From a phage: 64,000 nucleotides of DNA. The position numbers were made by a program, and so were the translations under genes. The DNA is taken from the sequence record PZ053912.1; one strand, given 5' to 3'. The number at the start of each line of letters is the position of its first letter. Position 1 is the first letter of the stretch. Shown piece after piece: positions 42,160 through 54,401 of this stretch. Under the pieces are notes generated by a model, which saw nothing but the letters and a program-made list of their open reading frames with translations, ran no database searches and was not told where the DNA came from.

Positions 42160-42512
42160 TCTGAGAGCTTCCTGAGGTCTTCTGCAAAGGAATCGAAGGA
42201 CTTGTTGATTTGTTTTTCGACCAATCCTGGCTTACTCGCCACCACGTTCTTCTTCTTCGAATCCTTACGGAGCTTTTCATTTTCGGCCTTAAGTTGGTCA
42301 ACTAAAACACGGTTCTTATAAGTCATTTCTTCGATTGACTGATACTGAACCTTGAAGTCGTCTAATACTTTAGCATTGTTTTTAGCGGTCTCTTTGACAG
42401 AAGCTAATTCAGTATTCAACGAATCAACTTTGTTGTTTAAGACAACTATTGTTACCGTAGAAACTAGAGCAAAAGCTGCTACTATAGTATAAATCGGATT
42501 TACTTTAAGCAT
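42156..42512 (-). CDS. inner-membrane spanin (Rz-like; T4 pseT.3 equivalent)
   Basis: 118 aa with N-terminal TM helix (IYTIVAAFALVSTVTIVVL) then charged coiled-coil-like region. Confidence 0.7.
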   Translation of the reverse strand: MLKVNPIYTIVAAFALVSTVTIVVLNNKVDSLNTELASVKETAKNNAKVLDDFKVQYQSIEEMTYKNRVLVDQLKAENEKLRKDSKKKNVVASKPGLVEKQINKSFDSFAEDLRKLSE

Positions 42513-43000
42513 GTTTTAATAATCTCAATGATTTCATCTCGGGATAATCCATTGATAAGAACGGTTTTCGGACCATCGCACTGGATTTTGTACGATTCAA
42601 ACAATACACACAACTCTTCTGCTGTATGATACGGACTTGAAATTCCGAGGCGGTTGAATTTGTCGGTAAGAGGGTCGCAAATAATGTAGAATTTTATACC
42701 TGCGATATGTACATTTGGTTGACTAATATTAATGAACACATTAGCGTCATATTTAGTCAAATTGTTTTGAAGAAATTCTACCATGGCATTAACTGCTTCT
42801 GGCATCGCTTCACGTTTCTCTTCGGTGTAACGTGTTGAATATTCCTTTTGCTTTAACTTCTTTTTAGCATTTTTGGCCAGTGTAACACGTAGGTCAGTAA
42901 GATAACCAACTGGACGTCCTTTCTTAAAGACCCTGATTCCATCTGAAGAATCACCAAATGCTGCCACAACCATATCGTTAGTAATCAATTGCATATTCAT
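42500..43000 (-). CDS. alc: Alc-like host transcription inhibitor (position-based)
   Basis: 166 aa from internal ATG with GGAG RBS; size and position between pseT region and rnlA as T4 alc; sequence identity not confirmed. Confidence 0.55.
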   Translation of the reverse strand: MNMQLITNDMVVAAFGDSSDGIRVFKKGRPVGYLTDLRVTLAKNAKKKLKQKEYSTRYTEEKREAMPEAVNAMVEFLQNNLTKYDANVFINISQPNVHIAGIKFYIICDPLTDKFNRLGISSPYHTAEELCVLFESYKIQCDGPKTVLINGLSRDEIIEIIKTCLK

Positions 43001-43030
43001 AATTTTCTCCTCGTGATGTTGATAAAAGCC

Positions 43031-43060
43031 ATAGTAACACCTTCCTTGGTGTTTGTAAAC
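43031..43060 (-). promoter_or_regulatory. early-type promoter (GTTTAC-N18-TGtTACTAT) upstream of alc
   Basis: Motif on minus strand in the rnlA-alc gap. Confidence 0.5.
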
Positions 43061-43062
43061 CA

Positions 43063-44196
<1,134 letters not shown>

Positions 44197-44214
44197 TCAG
44201 TTAGTTTTTTTTAA

Positions 44215-44244
44215 ATTGTACCACAATCCTTGTGGCATGTAAAC
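44215..44244 (-). promoter_or_regulatory. early-type promoter (GTTTAC-N18-TACAAT) upstream of rnlA
   Basis: Motif on minus strand; spacer contains palindrome CCACAAGGATTGTGG. Confidence 0.4.
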
Positions 44245-44654
44245 TACTTTTTCTTATGTTGGATATTCCAAGGCGGGTTGAACTTTTTGATAAAAAGCGG
44301 TTCTTCAAGGTCCATTGTTGCGATGGTCATTGAACCAAGTTCGTTGGTGACTGAAAGGTCAAAACATTGGCGGGCCCAGAATTCAACCTTTTTGCCTTGC
44401 ATTAAGGCATCCAAAATCATAAGTGATTTTCTTGAATCTGAAGTCTGGTCTTTTCGATTTATGGCTGTTCGATAATAGTTAATGCGTTTCTTTAAATTCT
44501 TGGTTTTACCAATATACACAAGTTCGTCATCTATAGCAATAGCGTATATGACATTTTTCTTATTAGGGACATCAACTGTTTTAATTGTTGCATCTTCTAA
44601 TAGCTCCAATTCTGTATATTTAATAAAGGAATATTCGGCGGCAATATCTTTCAT
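44244..44654 (-). CDS. denA: endonuclease II (GIY-YIG family)
   Basis: 136 aa; matches remembered T4 EndoII (YSFIKYTELEL...VIYAIAI.DELVYIGKTKNL.KRINYYR...FNPPWNIQHKKK). Confidence 0.95.
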   Translation of the reverse strand: MKDIAAEYSFIKYTELELLEDATIKTVDVPNKKNVIYAIAIDDELVYIGKTKNLKKRINYYRTAINRKDQTSDSRKSLMILDALMQGKKVEFWARQCFDLSVTNELGSMTIATMDLEEPLFIKKFNPPWNIQHKKK

Positions 44655-44680
44655 AATAAAGTGGGACCGAAGTCCCGTCC

Positions 44681-45820
44681 TTAGAAATATTTTTTGTATG
44701 AATTGATTACATTTTGGTCTACATCATTATCAATTTGTGCGACAAGATAAGAACTGATTTCAACTTCCTGAGGAGCTGCTTGAACTAAATCAGAGTTCAG
44801 ATATTCACGAATCCAAGGATACGGATGCTTGGTCGGAGCATCAGTGATTGGGCATGGCAAACCACACTGTTTCATACGAGACACAGTCAAGTAATCAACA
44901 AAAGCACACATACTCTGCGTATTGATACCTGGGCATGTACCGTCTTTAAAGAGGTGTGCGGCCCATTCCTTCTCTTGACGGTTAACTTCCATAAAAATGT
45001 CAACTGCTTCTTGTTCACATTCTTTAGCAATTTGAACCCACTCATCGCCGTCAATACCAGATTGAAGTTGACGAATAATGTACTGAGTACCCTTGAGGTG
45101 GAGTTGTTCGTCACGAGCAATGAACTTCATAATCTTTGCATTACCTTCCATGATTTCCATATTTTTATGGAAGTTGAAAGTACATGCAAATGATACGTAA
45201 AAACGAATAGCTTCCAGAGCGTTGATTACATGCAGACAGAGGTAAAGAGAACGCATTAGTTCGTATTTAGCCTGTTTTACGCCTTCGCTAAACTCGTGAT
45301 ATTCTTCTAAAGCATTCTGGTAAAGGCGAGTCTTGACTAGAACATCATCGTAATATTTACCTATTGATTCAGCTCGTTTCATGATTGCTTCGTCTAATAC
45401 AATTTCATCAAATACCTTAGATGGATCCGTATAAAGATTTCGCATAATATGAGTATACGAACGAGAGTGAATAGTTTCACTGAATGTCCATGTTGCAACC
45501 CACGTATCTAATGAAGGGTCGGAAATCAGTGCCATAAGTACCGCAGATGGGGCCCTGCCTTGGATAGAATCTAATAATGATTGATACTTAAGATTGTTTG
45601 TAAAGATGTCCTGTTGGAACTGAGGAAGCTTATTGAACTGCGCAGAGTCCAACATCAAGTTTACCTCTTCTGGGCGCCAAAAAAACGATAATTGCTTTTC
45701 GGTCAAATCTTCAAAAACTTTATGGCGTTGAATATCATAACGCGCAATACCAAGACCAGAACCAAAGAACATCGGTTCATTCAAAACATCAACTTGTTGT
45801 GTGTTAAAAACTGTACTCAT
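44681..45820 (-). CDS. nrdB: ribonucleotide reductase small subunit NrdB (uninterrupted)
   Basis: 379 aa from ATG at 45820 (MSTVFNTQQVDVLNEPMFFGSGLG); continuous reading frame; the track start 12 nt upstream is a GTG. Confidence 0.95.
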   Translation of the reverse strand: MSTVFNTQQVDVLNEPMFFGSGLGIARYDIQRHKVFEDLTEKQLSFFWRPEEVNLMLDSAQFNKLPQFQQDIFTNNLKYQSLLDSIQGRAPSAVLMALISDPSLDTWVATWTFSETIHSRSYTHIMRNLYTDPSKVFDEIVLDEAIMKRAESIGKYYDDVLVKTRLYQNALEEYHEFSEGVKQAKYELMRSLYLCLHVINALEAIRFYVSFACTFNFHKNMEIMEGNAKIMKFIARDEQLHLKGTQYIIRQLQSGIDGDEWVQIAKECEQEAVDIFMEVNRQEKEWAAHLFKDGTCPGINTQSMCAFVDYLTVSRMKQCGLPCPITDAPTKHPYPWIREYLNSDLVQAAPQEVEISSYLVAQIDNDVDQNVINSYKKYF

Positions 45821-45872
45821 TATATTTCTCACTTAGTTTAACTCATCCATGAGTAAATTATAATCAAAAGTC

Positions 45873-46862
45873 TTAAAGCTTACAAGCAGAACAATCTTCA
45901 GCTTTAGGTGTTTCTAATTCATAGTCATCTGTACCTGACCCATCACGAGTGTTATGATAGTAGAGGTTTTTTCCGCCAAAGTACCAGAAGTAAAGTAGAT
46001 CGTCAAGCATTACTGACATTGGTACTTTACCTTTCTCAAATACTGCAGGGTCATAGTAAGTATTAGCAGAAGCAGATTGGCACACCCATTTCAACATGAT
46101 AGCAACTTGGGTCAAATAAGGTTTATTACCTTTCTTGGCAAGTTTCCACGCGTAGTCGTAAAGACTCATGTTATGTTCTATATTAGGAACAACCTGACGG
46201 AAGTTGCCTTCTTTAGATTCTTTAATACTTACTGGACCGCGCGGTGGCTCAATCCCGTTTGTAGAGTTTGATACTTGACTGCTTGACTCGCAAGGCATGA
46301 GTGCAGACAACGTTGAGTTACGAATTCCATGTTCTTTGAGTTCAGCTCGAAGTTCTTCCCAGTCACAGACGTAGTTCGGGGCTGCGATTTGGTCAATCTT
46401 TTTATTGTACCAGTCGATAGGTAATTCGCCTCTAGACCATTTAGTGTCTGAATAATACTCGCAACATCCTTTTTCTTTGGCGAGTTTGATTGAAGCTTTG
46501 ATAAGGCCATATTGCAATCTCTCAAACAATTCATGAGTCAAATCGTTAGCGTCTTCATACGAAGCAAAGTTAGAAGCTAACCATGCAGCATAGTTCGTAA
46601 CACCAACACCAAGATTACGACGCTTTTTGGCTTTTAAAGCTTCTGGAACCGGATAATCTTGATAGTCTAACAGGTTATCAAGTGCACGTACTTGTACTTC
46701 AGCAAGTTCATTAATTTTATCTTGGTCTTGCCAATCAAATTTATCAAGAACAAAGGCAGAAAGAGTGCAGAGGCCCACTTCACCTTTGTTTTCAATAACT
46801 TGTATTGTTGTATACTCATCATCTTCGTAAAATTCATCTACAAATTCATAATCAATATTCAT
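45873..46862 (-). CDS. nrdA: ribonucleotide reductase large subunit, C-terminal piece (NrdA-b)
   Basis: 329 aa starting with own ATG; carries GEVGLCTLSAF and C-terminal ...CSACKL redox tail matching the C-terminal third of class Ia NrdA. Confidence 0.9.
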   Translation of the reverse strand: MNIDYEFVDEFYEDDEYTTIQVIENKGEVGLCTLSAFVLDKFDWQDQDKINELAEVQVRALDNLLDYQDYPVPEALKAKKRRNLGVGVTNYAAWLASNFASYEDANDLTHELFERLQYGLIKASIKLAKEKGCCEYYSDTKWSRGELPIDWYNKKIDQIAAPNYVCDWEELRAELKEHGIRNSTLSALMPCESSSQVSNSTNGIEPPRGPVSIKESKEGNFRQVVPNIEHNMSLYDYAWKLAKKGNKPYLTQVAIMLKWVCQSASANTYYDPAVFEKGKVPMSVMLDDLLYFWYFGGKNLYYHNTRDGSGTDDYELETPKAEDCSACKL

Positions 46863-47562
46863 TTAATTCTTCTACCTTTTTTCGAGATATTCCTAGAGCT
46901 TTAGATGCTCGATGTATTGATTGATATTCTATACCGTTTATTTTTACAGCAATTAAGTTATGGGGTTTTAATCCCTTTGGATGAGGTTTACTGACGTATT
47001 CTTGATTATCGTTTTCAGAGATATTATCAAGCTTTCGACACTTAAAGCCTTTATGTTGAGACCTTTTGCCTTTGCATACGGCCGACATTGCCGAAGCATT
47101 GAGTGAATGTAGTTCGCAAAATTCTCTTAGGCCTTTATGGATTTCTTCATGACCGTCTGGGAAAGTAAATACCCAAGTTGTTTGAAGTTTTTCTCTATGC
47201 TCGTCAGTTACCGGAATACCTTTGTTCCAAGCTGGTTTGCCTTTATTATTTTCAGATACAGAAATAGCCAATTTTCTTCTAAGCCACCCATGGCGTTTAT
47301 TGGTGTTCTTTCGTTCAATATTATCTTCAGAATAAACACACATCATATTAGCGGCAAATACCAATTTATGATTATCTGGATATATCTTTACTAATAATTG
47401 ATGAGCTATGTAATGCTCTTCGGGTGTCAAATCTACCAGGTTTTCCTTTGTATCAGAACCACCAATACACAGAGGTATAATATGGTGTGATTCGGTATAG
47501 CAATCTAATTTTCTGTTCTTAGCTTTAGAAATAAGGTTATTGTAAATTTTAGAATAATCCAT
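46852..47562 (-). CDS. HNH homing endonuclease (MobE-like), free-standing within nrdA
   Basis: 236 aa; HNH motif ESHHIIPLCIGGSDTKENLVDLTPEEHYIAH; own GAGGAAA RBS; stop overlaps start of nrdA C-terminal piece by 11 nt. Confidence 0.85.
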   Translation of the reverse strand: MDYSKIYNNLISKAKNRKLDCYTESHHIIPLCIGGSDTKENLVDLTPEEHYIAHQLLVKIYPDNHKLVFAANMMCVYSEDNIERKNTNKRHGWLRRKLAISVSENNKGKPAWNKGIPVTDEHREKLQTTWVFTFPDGHEEIHKGLREFCELHSLNASAMSAVCKGKRSQHKGFKCRKLDNISENDNQEYVSKPHPKGLKPHNLIAVKINGIEYQSIHRASKALGISRKKVEELNEY

Positions 47563-47607
47563 AACTTTTCCTCTTGTTATGGATTATTTATTAACGGTCT
47601 GTGTACT

Positions 47608-49032
47608 TTATTTGCTTTGAATTATACCGCCAGGATTAGCTTCATAAAACTTAGCTACATCCGACTTCTTAATTTTGATTAAACGGGTTTGTTGGCTATT
47701 CACATCATTAGTTGGAATAGCGATTTCACAACATAAGTTACTCTGACGAATTGGAGCTTTTTCGCGAATAAACGGAGTGTAGTTATTCGTGTTATCAACG
47801 AATTGTGGATAAATTCGAGCAGTGCCAGAACGTTCAGTCATGAACAATTCAAAGAGTTCTAGTGCTTTGATTCTTTTCTTTCTGATTGTTGGGTCTTTTT
47901 CAGCTTTCTCATAAAGCTCACGGAATTTATCTTGATCTTCAAAGAATGAGTAGTATAGTTCGCCTGACATTTCGTGAGGGCTAAATAAAGTAATATAATC
48001 ATTTTTACCAAGGCGTTCCATCATAAGGTCATTAATCTGAATTCCGTAGTCCATATGTCGAATACGGTTTTCATCCACGCCTTTGTTATTTTTCAGAACT
48101 AATAGGTTCTCTACTTCTAAGTGCCACATCGGATAATACGCTGTAGCAGCACCACCACGAATACCACCTTGAGAACAAGATTTTACTGCCGTTTGGAAAT
48201 GTTTCCAGAATGGAATAACACCCGTATGTCGAACTTCACCCATACCGATCTTAGAACCTTCTGCACGAAGCATACCAACGTTGATACCGATGCCAGCTCG
48301 TTTAGAAATATATTCAATAATTGATGCTGAAGTTTTGTTAATAGATTTTAACGAATCACCTGCTTCAATAACTACACAACTAGAGAACTGGCGAGTTGGA
48401 GTACGAGCACCCGCCATAATTGGGGTTGGCAATGAAACTTGATGAGTAGAAACGGCATCATAAAAACGAATAATATGTTTCAAACGGTCATGAGTTTCGT
48501 CTTGGTGTAAGGCCATACCAATAGCCATGATAGCAAACTGTGGAGTTTCATAAATCTTCCCAGTTGTTTTATCTTTAACTAGATATTTTTCTTTAAGCTG
48601 CATAGCACCGGCATAAGTCAGGTCAAAGTCTCGTTCATGTTTAATCTGTGAATCGAGATAAATGATTTCTTCTGCTGAATATTGAGACAACAGCTCAGGG
48701 TCATATTTGCCTTCATTAACACAGTAAGAAATATGGTCGATAAAAGCAGGCGGTTCAAACTGCCCGTATACATCTTTACGAAGTGCAAACATTAGTCCTT
48801 TAGCGGCGACATACTGATAATCAGGTTCTTCGACAGAAATCGAGTTAGCTGCAACTTTAATACAAATCTTCTGAATATCTTTGGTGCTCATCCCGTCGAC
48901 AAGATGGGGTTTAATTTCTTCATATAATTCATATGGGTCAATTTGTGTTCCTTCACATTGCCAAGTTAAGACTTGAATAATTTTCTGTGCATCAAAATTT
49001 TGGGATACACCACTACTCTTAGTTACTTGCAT
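47608..49032 (-). CDS. nrdA: ribonucleotide reductase large subunit, N-terminal piece (NrdA-a)
   Basis: 474 aa; ATP-cone and catalytic region through SNLCCEIAIPT, then a short non-homologous tail and stop. Confidence 0.9.
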   Translation of the reverse strand: MQVTKSSGVSQNFDAQKIIQVLTWQCEGTQIDPYELYEEIKPHLVDGMSTKDIQKICIKVAANSISVEEPDYQYVAAKGLMFALRKDVYGQFEPPAFIDHISYCVNEGKYDPELLSQYSAEEIIYLDSQIKHERDFDLTYAGAMQLKEKYLVKDKTTGKIYETPQFAIMAIGMALHQDETHDRLKHIIRFYDAVSTHQVSLPTPIMAGARTPTRQFSSCVVIEAGDSLKSINKTSASIIEYISKRAGIGINVGMLRAEGSKIGMGEVRHTGVIPFWKHFQTAVKSCSQGGIRGGAATAYYPMWHLEVENLLVLKNNKGVDENRIRHMDYGIQINDLMMERLGKNDYITLFSPHEMSGELYYSFFEDQDKFRELYEKAEKDPTIRKKRIKALELFELFMTERSGTARIYPQFVDNTNNYTPFIREKAPIRQSNLCCEIAIPTNDVNSQQTRLIKIKKSDVAKFYEANPGGIIQSK

Positions 49033-49120
49033 ATATTCCTCAGTATAGGTTGATAGACATTACTCCAAACGGGATAGTATTTATCCCGTTAATTTATTAT
49101 ACAACTTTTAAACTGAAGCG

Positions 49121-49375
49121 TTAATTATCCTCAGCAATAATTTCTTTGTATTCTTTAGGTGTCAAGACTGTGATATCGAAATAAACCAACGGTTCTTTTT
49201 CTATACCGTAACCACCACAAAATTCACGATATTCATAAATTCGTTCATGTGAATAGCAAATGAATCGTTCACCTTTAATTGTGATTTCACTATTCGGTGA
49301 AGGGATATCCAGTTCGGTAGGATTTTTCATTTCAAAAATTGTGGTGCCATATGAATTAATAAAACGTAAAATCAT
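49121..49375 (-). CDS. hypothetical protein (84 aa; nrdA.1-like position)
   Basis: ORF between td and nrdA. Confidence 0.5.
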   Translation of the reverse strand: MILRFINSYGTTIFEMKNPTELDIPSPNSEITIKGERFICYSHERIYEYREFCGGYGIEKEPLVYFDITVLTPKEYKEIIAEDN

Positions 49376-51061
<1,686 letters not shown>

Positions 51062-51063
51062 AA

Positions 51064-51312
51064 TTATTTCCTCAGATTTTTCTTAACAACTTTCCAATCA
51101 GCTTTAAACTGATCGACGTCAGAATGATAAATCCAGAATCCTGCACTTTCACCATCTTCGTAGAGTGGACATCCATCACATTCTTCGTTCCAACCCATTT
51201 CTCGTAAAGCTTCTTCAGCTTGTTCAAGGAGTTCAGCGTCTTTACCGACGATGTTGAAGTACCATTTACCTCTAACTTCCGAATCTTTGATGCTCTGGCG
51301 TTGCAATCTCAT
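51064..51312 (-). CDS. hypothetical protein (82 aa)
   Basis: ORF between frd and gene 32. Confidence 0.55.
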   Translation of the reverse strand: MRLQRQSIKDSEVRGKWYFNIVGKDAELLEQAEEALREMGWNEECDGCPLYEDGESAGFWIYHSDVDQFKADWKVVKKNLRK

Positions 51313-51376
51313 TTTATTCTCCGCTTCACTTTTGATTTGATAGGGCTACTATAACATAGCCCTATCTTGTTATAAA

Positions 51377-51769
51377 CTACTTTTTAAAAGTTTTTTGCAA
51401 AAGTTCAATGACTTCGTCGACGTTGGTTTCATCTACAATACAATGTATTTTTGTTACACCTAAAGCTATACCTTTGTTAGTAGGTTGAGGCTTTACTAAA
51501 TCTACCTCAGTAAAGTATTTGAACTCGTCAGGATAAATCTCAAAATAAGTTTCAATTTCACCACCAGCAGAACATACCGTACCATCTTCCATAGTTACAC
51601 TTACTACGTTTGACGTATCGCTATCATAATCAGGTTCCATTCCGTTTACAACAAAACTAGGCCCGTGGAGTTCAATCAATTTTAACATCTTAGCGTTATT
51701 GTGTGGTGCTTCTTGAACAAAGTCGTCTTTAAACAAAGGGTTAATGATATAAGATTTTCCGATTTCCAT
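51377..51769 (-). CDS. hypothetical protein (130 aa from internal ATG)
   Basis: Start chosen at ATG 51769 with GAGGAAA RBS to avoid overlap with upstream ORF. Confidence 0.5.
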   Translation of the reverse strand: MEIGKSYIINPLFKDDFVQEAPHNNAKMLKLIELHGPSFVVNGMEPDYDSDTSNVVSVTMEDGTVCSAGGEIETYFEIYPDEFKYFTEVDLVKPQPTNKGIALGVTKIHCIVDETNVDEVIELLQKTFKK

Positions 51770-51779
51770 TTTGATTTCC

Positions 51780-52031
51780 TCATTTGTTGATGTGTTGTAA
51801 TAAAGATTCTGCAAACATCTCATATGATTCCAGGTGTTCTTCTTTAATGCGAACTGCATGATTATCACCCGAAGAATAGAACATCTGTACGATAAGAGCT
51901 TCGTAATCAGACGAAATACATGCTACGTTTTCCGGCTTCAGGCATTCATTGTATGTCGCAACTGGGTCAGTGAAAGCTGCAACGTTTTTGCTACCGCAGT
52001 AATCCATACTTCTTTGAATAATAAAAATCAT
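51780..52031 (-). CDS. hypothetical protein (83 aa)
   Basis: ORF preceded by early-promoter-like motif 52062-52090. Confidence 0.55.
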   Translation of the reverse strand: MIFIIQRSMDYCGSKNVAAFTDPVATYNECLKPENVACISSDYEALIVQMFYSSGDNHAVRIKEEHLESYEMFAESLLQHINK

Positions 52032-52061
52032 TTTATTTTCCTCTCATTTGTTGATAAGTCT

Positions 52062-52090
52062 ATAGTATCATGTTTAAAGGAAAAGTAAAC
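52062..52090 (-). promoter_or_regulatory. early-type promoter (GTTTAC-N17-TGaTACTAT)
   Basis: Motif on minus strand just downstream of the gene 32 terminator. Confidence 0.5.
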
Positions 52091-52121
52091 AACTTTTTTG
52101 GCAATTTACAGATACTCAAAA

Positions 52122-52139
52122 GGGAGACCGAAGTCTCCC
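52122..52139 (-). terminator. terminator hairpin after gene 32
   Basis: Same GGGAGACUUCGGUCUCCC element on minus strand followed by UUUUG. Confidence 0.65.
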
Positions 52140-52145
52140 AATTTA

Positions 52146-53045
52146 TTATAGACCAGCTAACAGGTCATCGAGGTCGCCATCGTCAGAAGACGAGGAACTC
52201 ATGAAGTCATCTTCAGTTTTTGCAGAACTAAAGGCTTCCATGTCTTTATCAAAATCGTCGAGGTCAGAAGCAACTTTATCTGCAACAGAAGCTGCGGCAG
52301 CTGCTGCACCACCAAGAGCGGCAGTACCAAGAACTTGAGTAAATTTAGTATTCAATTCTTCAAACGATTTGAACTTATCTTTAGAAGTCATTTCAGAAAG
52401 GTCAACCATTTGTTCGAACAATTCTTTCTGGAAAGATTCATCATCAATGTTTGGAATCGCAGATTGATTCAGGAATTTAGATTCGTCGTAGTTACTGAAA
52501 CCAGAAACCTGTTTAACTTTCAGCACAAAGTTAGCACCTTCCCATGGGCAAGTTACATCAACAGGAGTTTCACCCATTTCAGTATCGACTGCAATCATTG
52601 CATTGATTTTGTCCCAAATCTTTTTACCGAAACGATATTTGAATACTTTACCTTCATTATCTGGAGCTTGTGGGTCTTTAACAACCAGGATATTAGCCCA
52701 ATAAGAAGTTTTACGTTTCAGTTGAGAATATTCTGTTTTGTTTGTATTGTACAGGTCATTTTTACTAATGTACTGACATACCGGACAAGAGTCGTAATCG
52801 CCGTGTGTAGATGAACAGGTTTCAATATACCATTTACCATTTTTCTTGAACCCGTGGTTAACAAGAATTGCAAACGGAAGTGCGTCATCTGTTTTTGCCG
52901 GCAGGAAACGAATTACCGCTTGACCATTACCGGACGCATCGAGTTTCAGCTTCCATTCACCTTTATCTTCTGAAGAGAAACCTTTGTTACCATTCAGTTT
53001 AGCCATCTGAGCTGCGAGGTCTGCGGTACTTTTACGTTTAAACAT
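52146..53045 (-). CDS. 32: single-stranded DNA-binding protein gp32
   Basis: 299 aa; Zn-binding core and acidic C-terminal tail ([17 protein letters not shown]) as in T4 gp32; terminator hairpin downstream. Confidence 0.95.
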   Translation of the reverse strand: MFKRKSTADLAAQMAKLNGNKGFSSEDKGEWKLKLDASGNGQAVIRFLPAKTDDALPFAILVNHGFKKNGKWYIETCSSTHGDYDSCPVCQYISKNDLYNTNKTEYSQLKRKTSYWANILVVKDPQAPDNEGKVFKYRFGKKIWDKINAMIAVDTEMGETPVDVTCPWEGANFVLKVKQVSGFSNYDESKFLNQSAIPNIDDESFQKELFEQMVDLSEMTSKDKFKSFEELNTKFTQVLGTAALGGAAAAAASVADKVASDLDDFDKDMEAFSSAKTEDDFMSSSSSDDGDLDDLLAGL

Positions 53046-53158
53046 TTTATTTGCCTTTATTTAGATTAATTAAATTTTACAGTTGGTTGCTACGACACTT
53101 ATACCTCGTAGCTGGTATGATTTATTTATAAAGTAATTTAACACACAAGAAATAAAGC
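53046..53158 (-). promoter_or_regulatory. gene 32 leader: late promoter, hairpin and AU-rich unstructured region (autoregulatory translational operator)
   Basis: Minus strand carries TATAAATA (plus-strand coordinates 53123-53130), then 7-bp stem GCUACGA...UCGUAGC, then A/U-rich UAAAAUUUAAUUAAUCUAAAUAAA immediately before the ATG. Confidence 0.55.
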
Positions 53159-53812
53159 TTAATACTTACATGATTTGATTGTTTCTATGAACAATTTCTT
53201 AGCAGCATTTCCATCGATTTGAAGTATTTTTCGATATGCCTTTAATCTGGTAGAATAATTTTGCCAGACTAAGTTATCGGTGAGTTCGTCGTGCTTATCT
53301 ATAATATTCAAAAATGAGTCCAACAATAAGAAAGTCTCAAATGAAATTATATTGCTTTGTAGCAATTTGAATATGTAGCTCGACTGAACGTTGTTATTAT
53401 AATCAAATATCTCTTGAAGCGCACTAACTTCAACTTTCTTACTGAAATAGTAGATGTTACGTACATCTTCAGCAAACGTCTCTTTAGCTTGTTTGAGACG
53501 TCCAATATATTCCCTATAGAAAACTAATGCATCAGCGTCTGATATCTCACCAATCCATGCGTCTTGGTTAGCAACTAAGTTGCTTATGAATATCAAGGTG
53601 AGTTCCTTCAATTTATATTTCTCTGATAGTTTTTCAAAGAAATATTTATCTCGGCGTTTTTGATACGCATTATCAGAAACACGCATGCACCAGTTATATT
53701 TGATTACGTCATACCGACCACCAAAATGGTTTTTGCACATCAAGTATAGTTTATATACCGATTTTCCGTTAATATAACGTTCTCCATCAGGAGGCATGCG
53801 TATTTTAATCAT
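53159..53812 (-). CDS. 59: helicase loader gp59
   Basis: 217 aa, same length as T4 gp59; position between 33 and 32. Confidence 0.9.
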   Translation of the reverse strand: MIKIRMPPDGERYINGKSVYKLYLMCKNHFGGRYDVIKYNWCMRVSDNAYQKRRDKYFFEKLSEKYKLKELTLIFISNLVANQDAWIGEISDADALVFYREYIGRLKQAKETFAEDVRNIYYFSKKVEVSALQEIFDYNNNVQSSYIFKLLQSNIISFETFLLLDSFLNIIDKHDELTDNLVWQNYSTRLKAYRKILQIDGNAAKKLFIETIKSCKY

Positions 53813-54147
53813 AATAAGAAATCTAACGTATTAGTTTTTTCGCCACGAGCAACTGATGGGCGAAGCATGTTTTCGTCAATTGCTTCGCTTGTAATTTTTT
53901 CAACAATTCCTGTAGGAATAAATTTAGCAAATTGTGTTTCTGGAATAGAATTTTCTTCCAAGAAAGCAGTTGTTGCTTCTAAATAAGACATACCAAATCG
54001 TTCAACCATGGATTCGATAATGAATCCGTTTTCTTGTCGGTCAAGTAATTTAGCGATATCATCTTTATCGTGTTTTACTGCTAATTCTTGTTCAGATAAA
54101 CCGGCCTCATCAACCGGTTTAATATCACTTAGTGAAAACTGTGTCAT
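53809..54147 (-). CDS. 33: late transcription accessory protein gp33
   Basis: 112 aa, same length and position as T4 gp33. Confidence 0.9.
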   Translation of the reverse strand: MTQFSLSDIKPVDEAGLSEQELAVKHDKDDIAKLLDRQENGFIIESMVERFGMSYLEATTAFLEENSIPETQFAKFIPTGIVEKITSEAIDENMLRPSVARGEKTNTLDFLL

Positions 54148-54394
54148 AAAGCTCGACTACCTCTTCGTTTTCAGCTTCAAATTGATCACGAGCGTCTTTA
54201 TGATAAAGAGCTAACAAACGATTAAACATTTTTCCATCGACGCCAAGCTCTTCTTTAGCACGAGTACGAATGTCTTTAATCAGTTCATTATAACCAGAAA
54301 TTTTAAGTTTGTTATCGGAAGCTTCCTTGACTAGTTTAGCCAGTTCTTCACCATGCACATCTTGATTAAATTCAACTGCTTCTTTCTTAGCCAT
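54125..54394 (-). CDS. dsbA: dsDNA-binding protein DsbA
   Basis: 89 aa from ATG at 54394 with GAGG RBS (MAKKEAVEFNQ...); position between rnh and 33. Confidence 0.8.
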   Translation of the reverse strand: MAKKEAVEFNQDVHGEELAKLVKEASDNKLKISGYNELIKDIRTRAKEELGVDGKMFNRLLALYHKDARDQFEAENEEVVELYDTVFTK

Positions 54395-54401
54395 GTTTAC
54401 C

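Noticed and set aside
46790-47680. Group I intron with an internal HNH ORF interrupting nrdA, as in the T4 td and nrdB introns
   Set aside because: Both nrdA pieces have their own start codon and RBS, the upstream piece has an in-frame stop, and only about 170 nt is not ORF, which is too little for an intron core. A free-standing endonuclease insertion is more parsimonious, though splicing cannot be excluded without RNA data.
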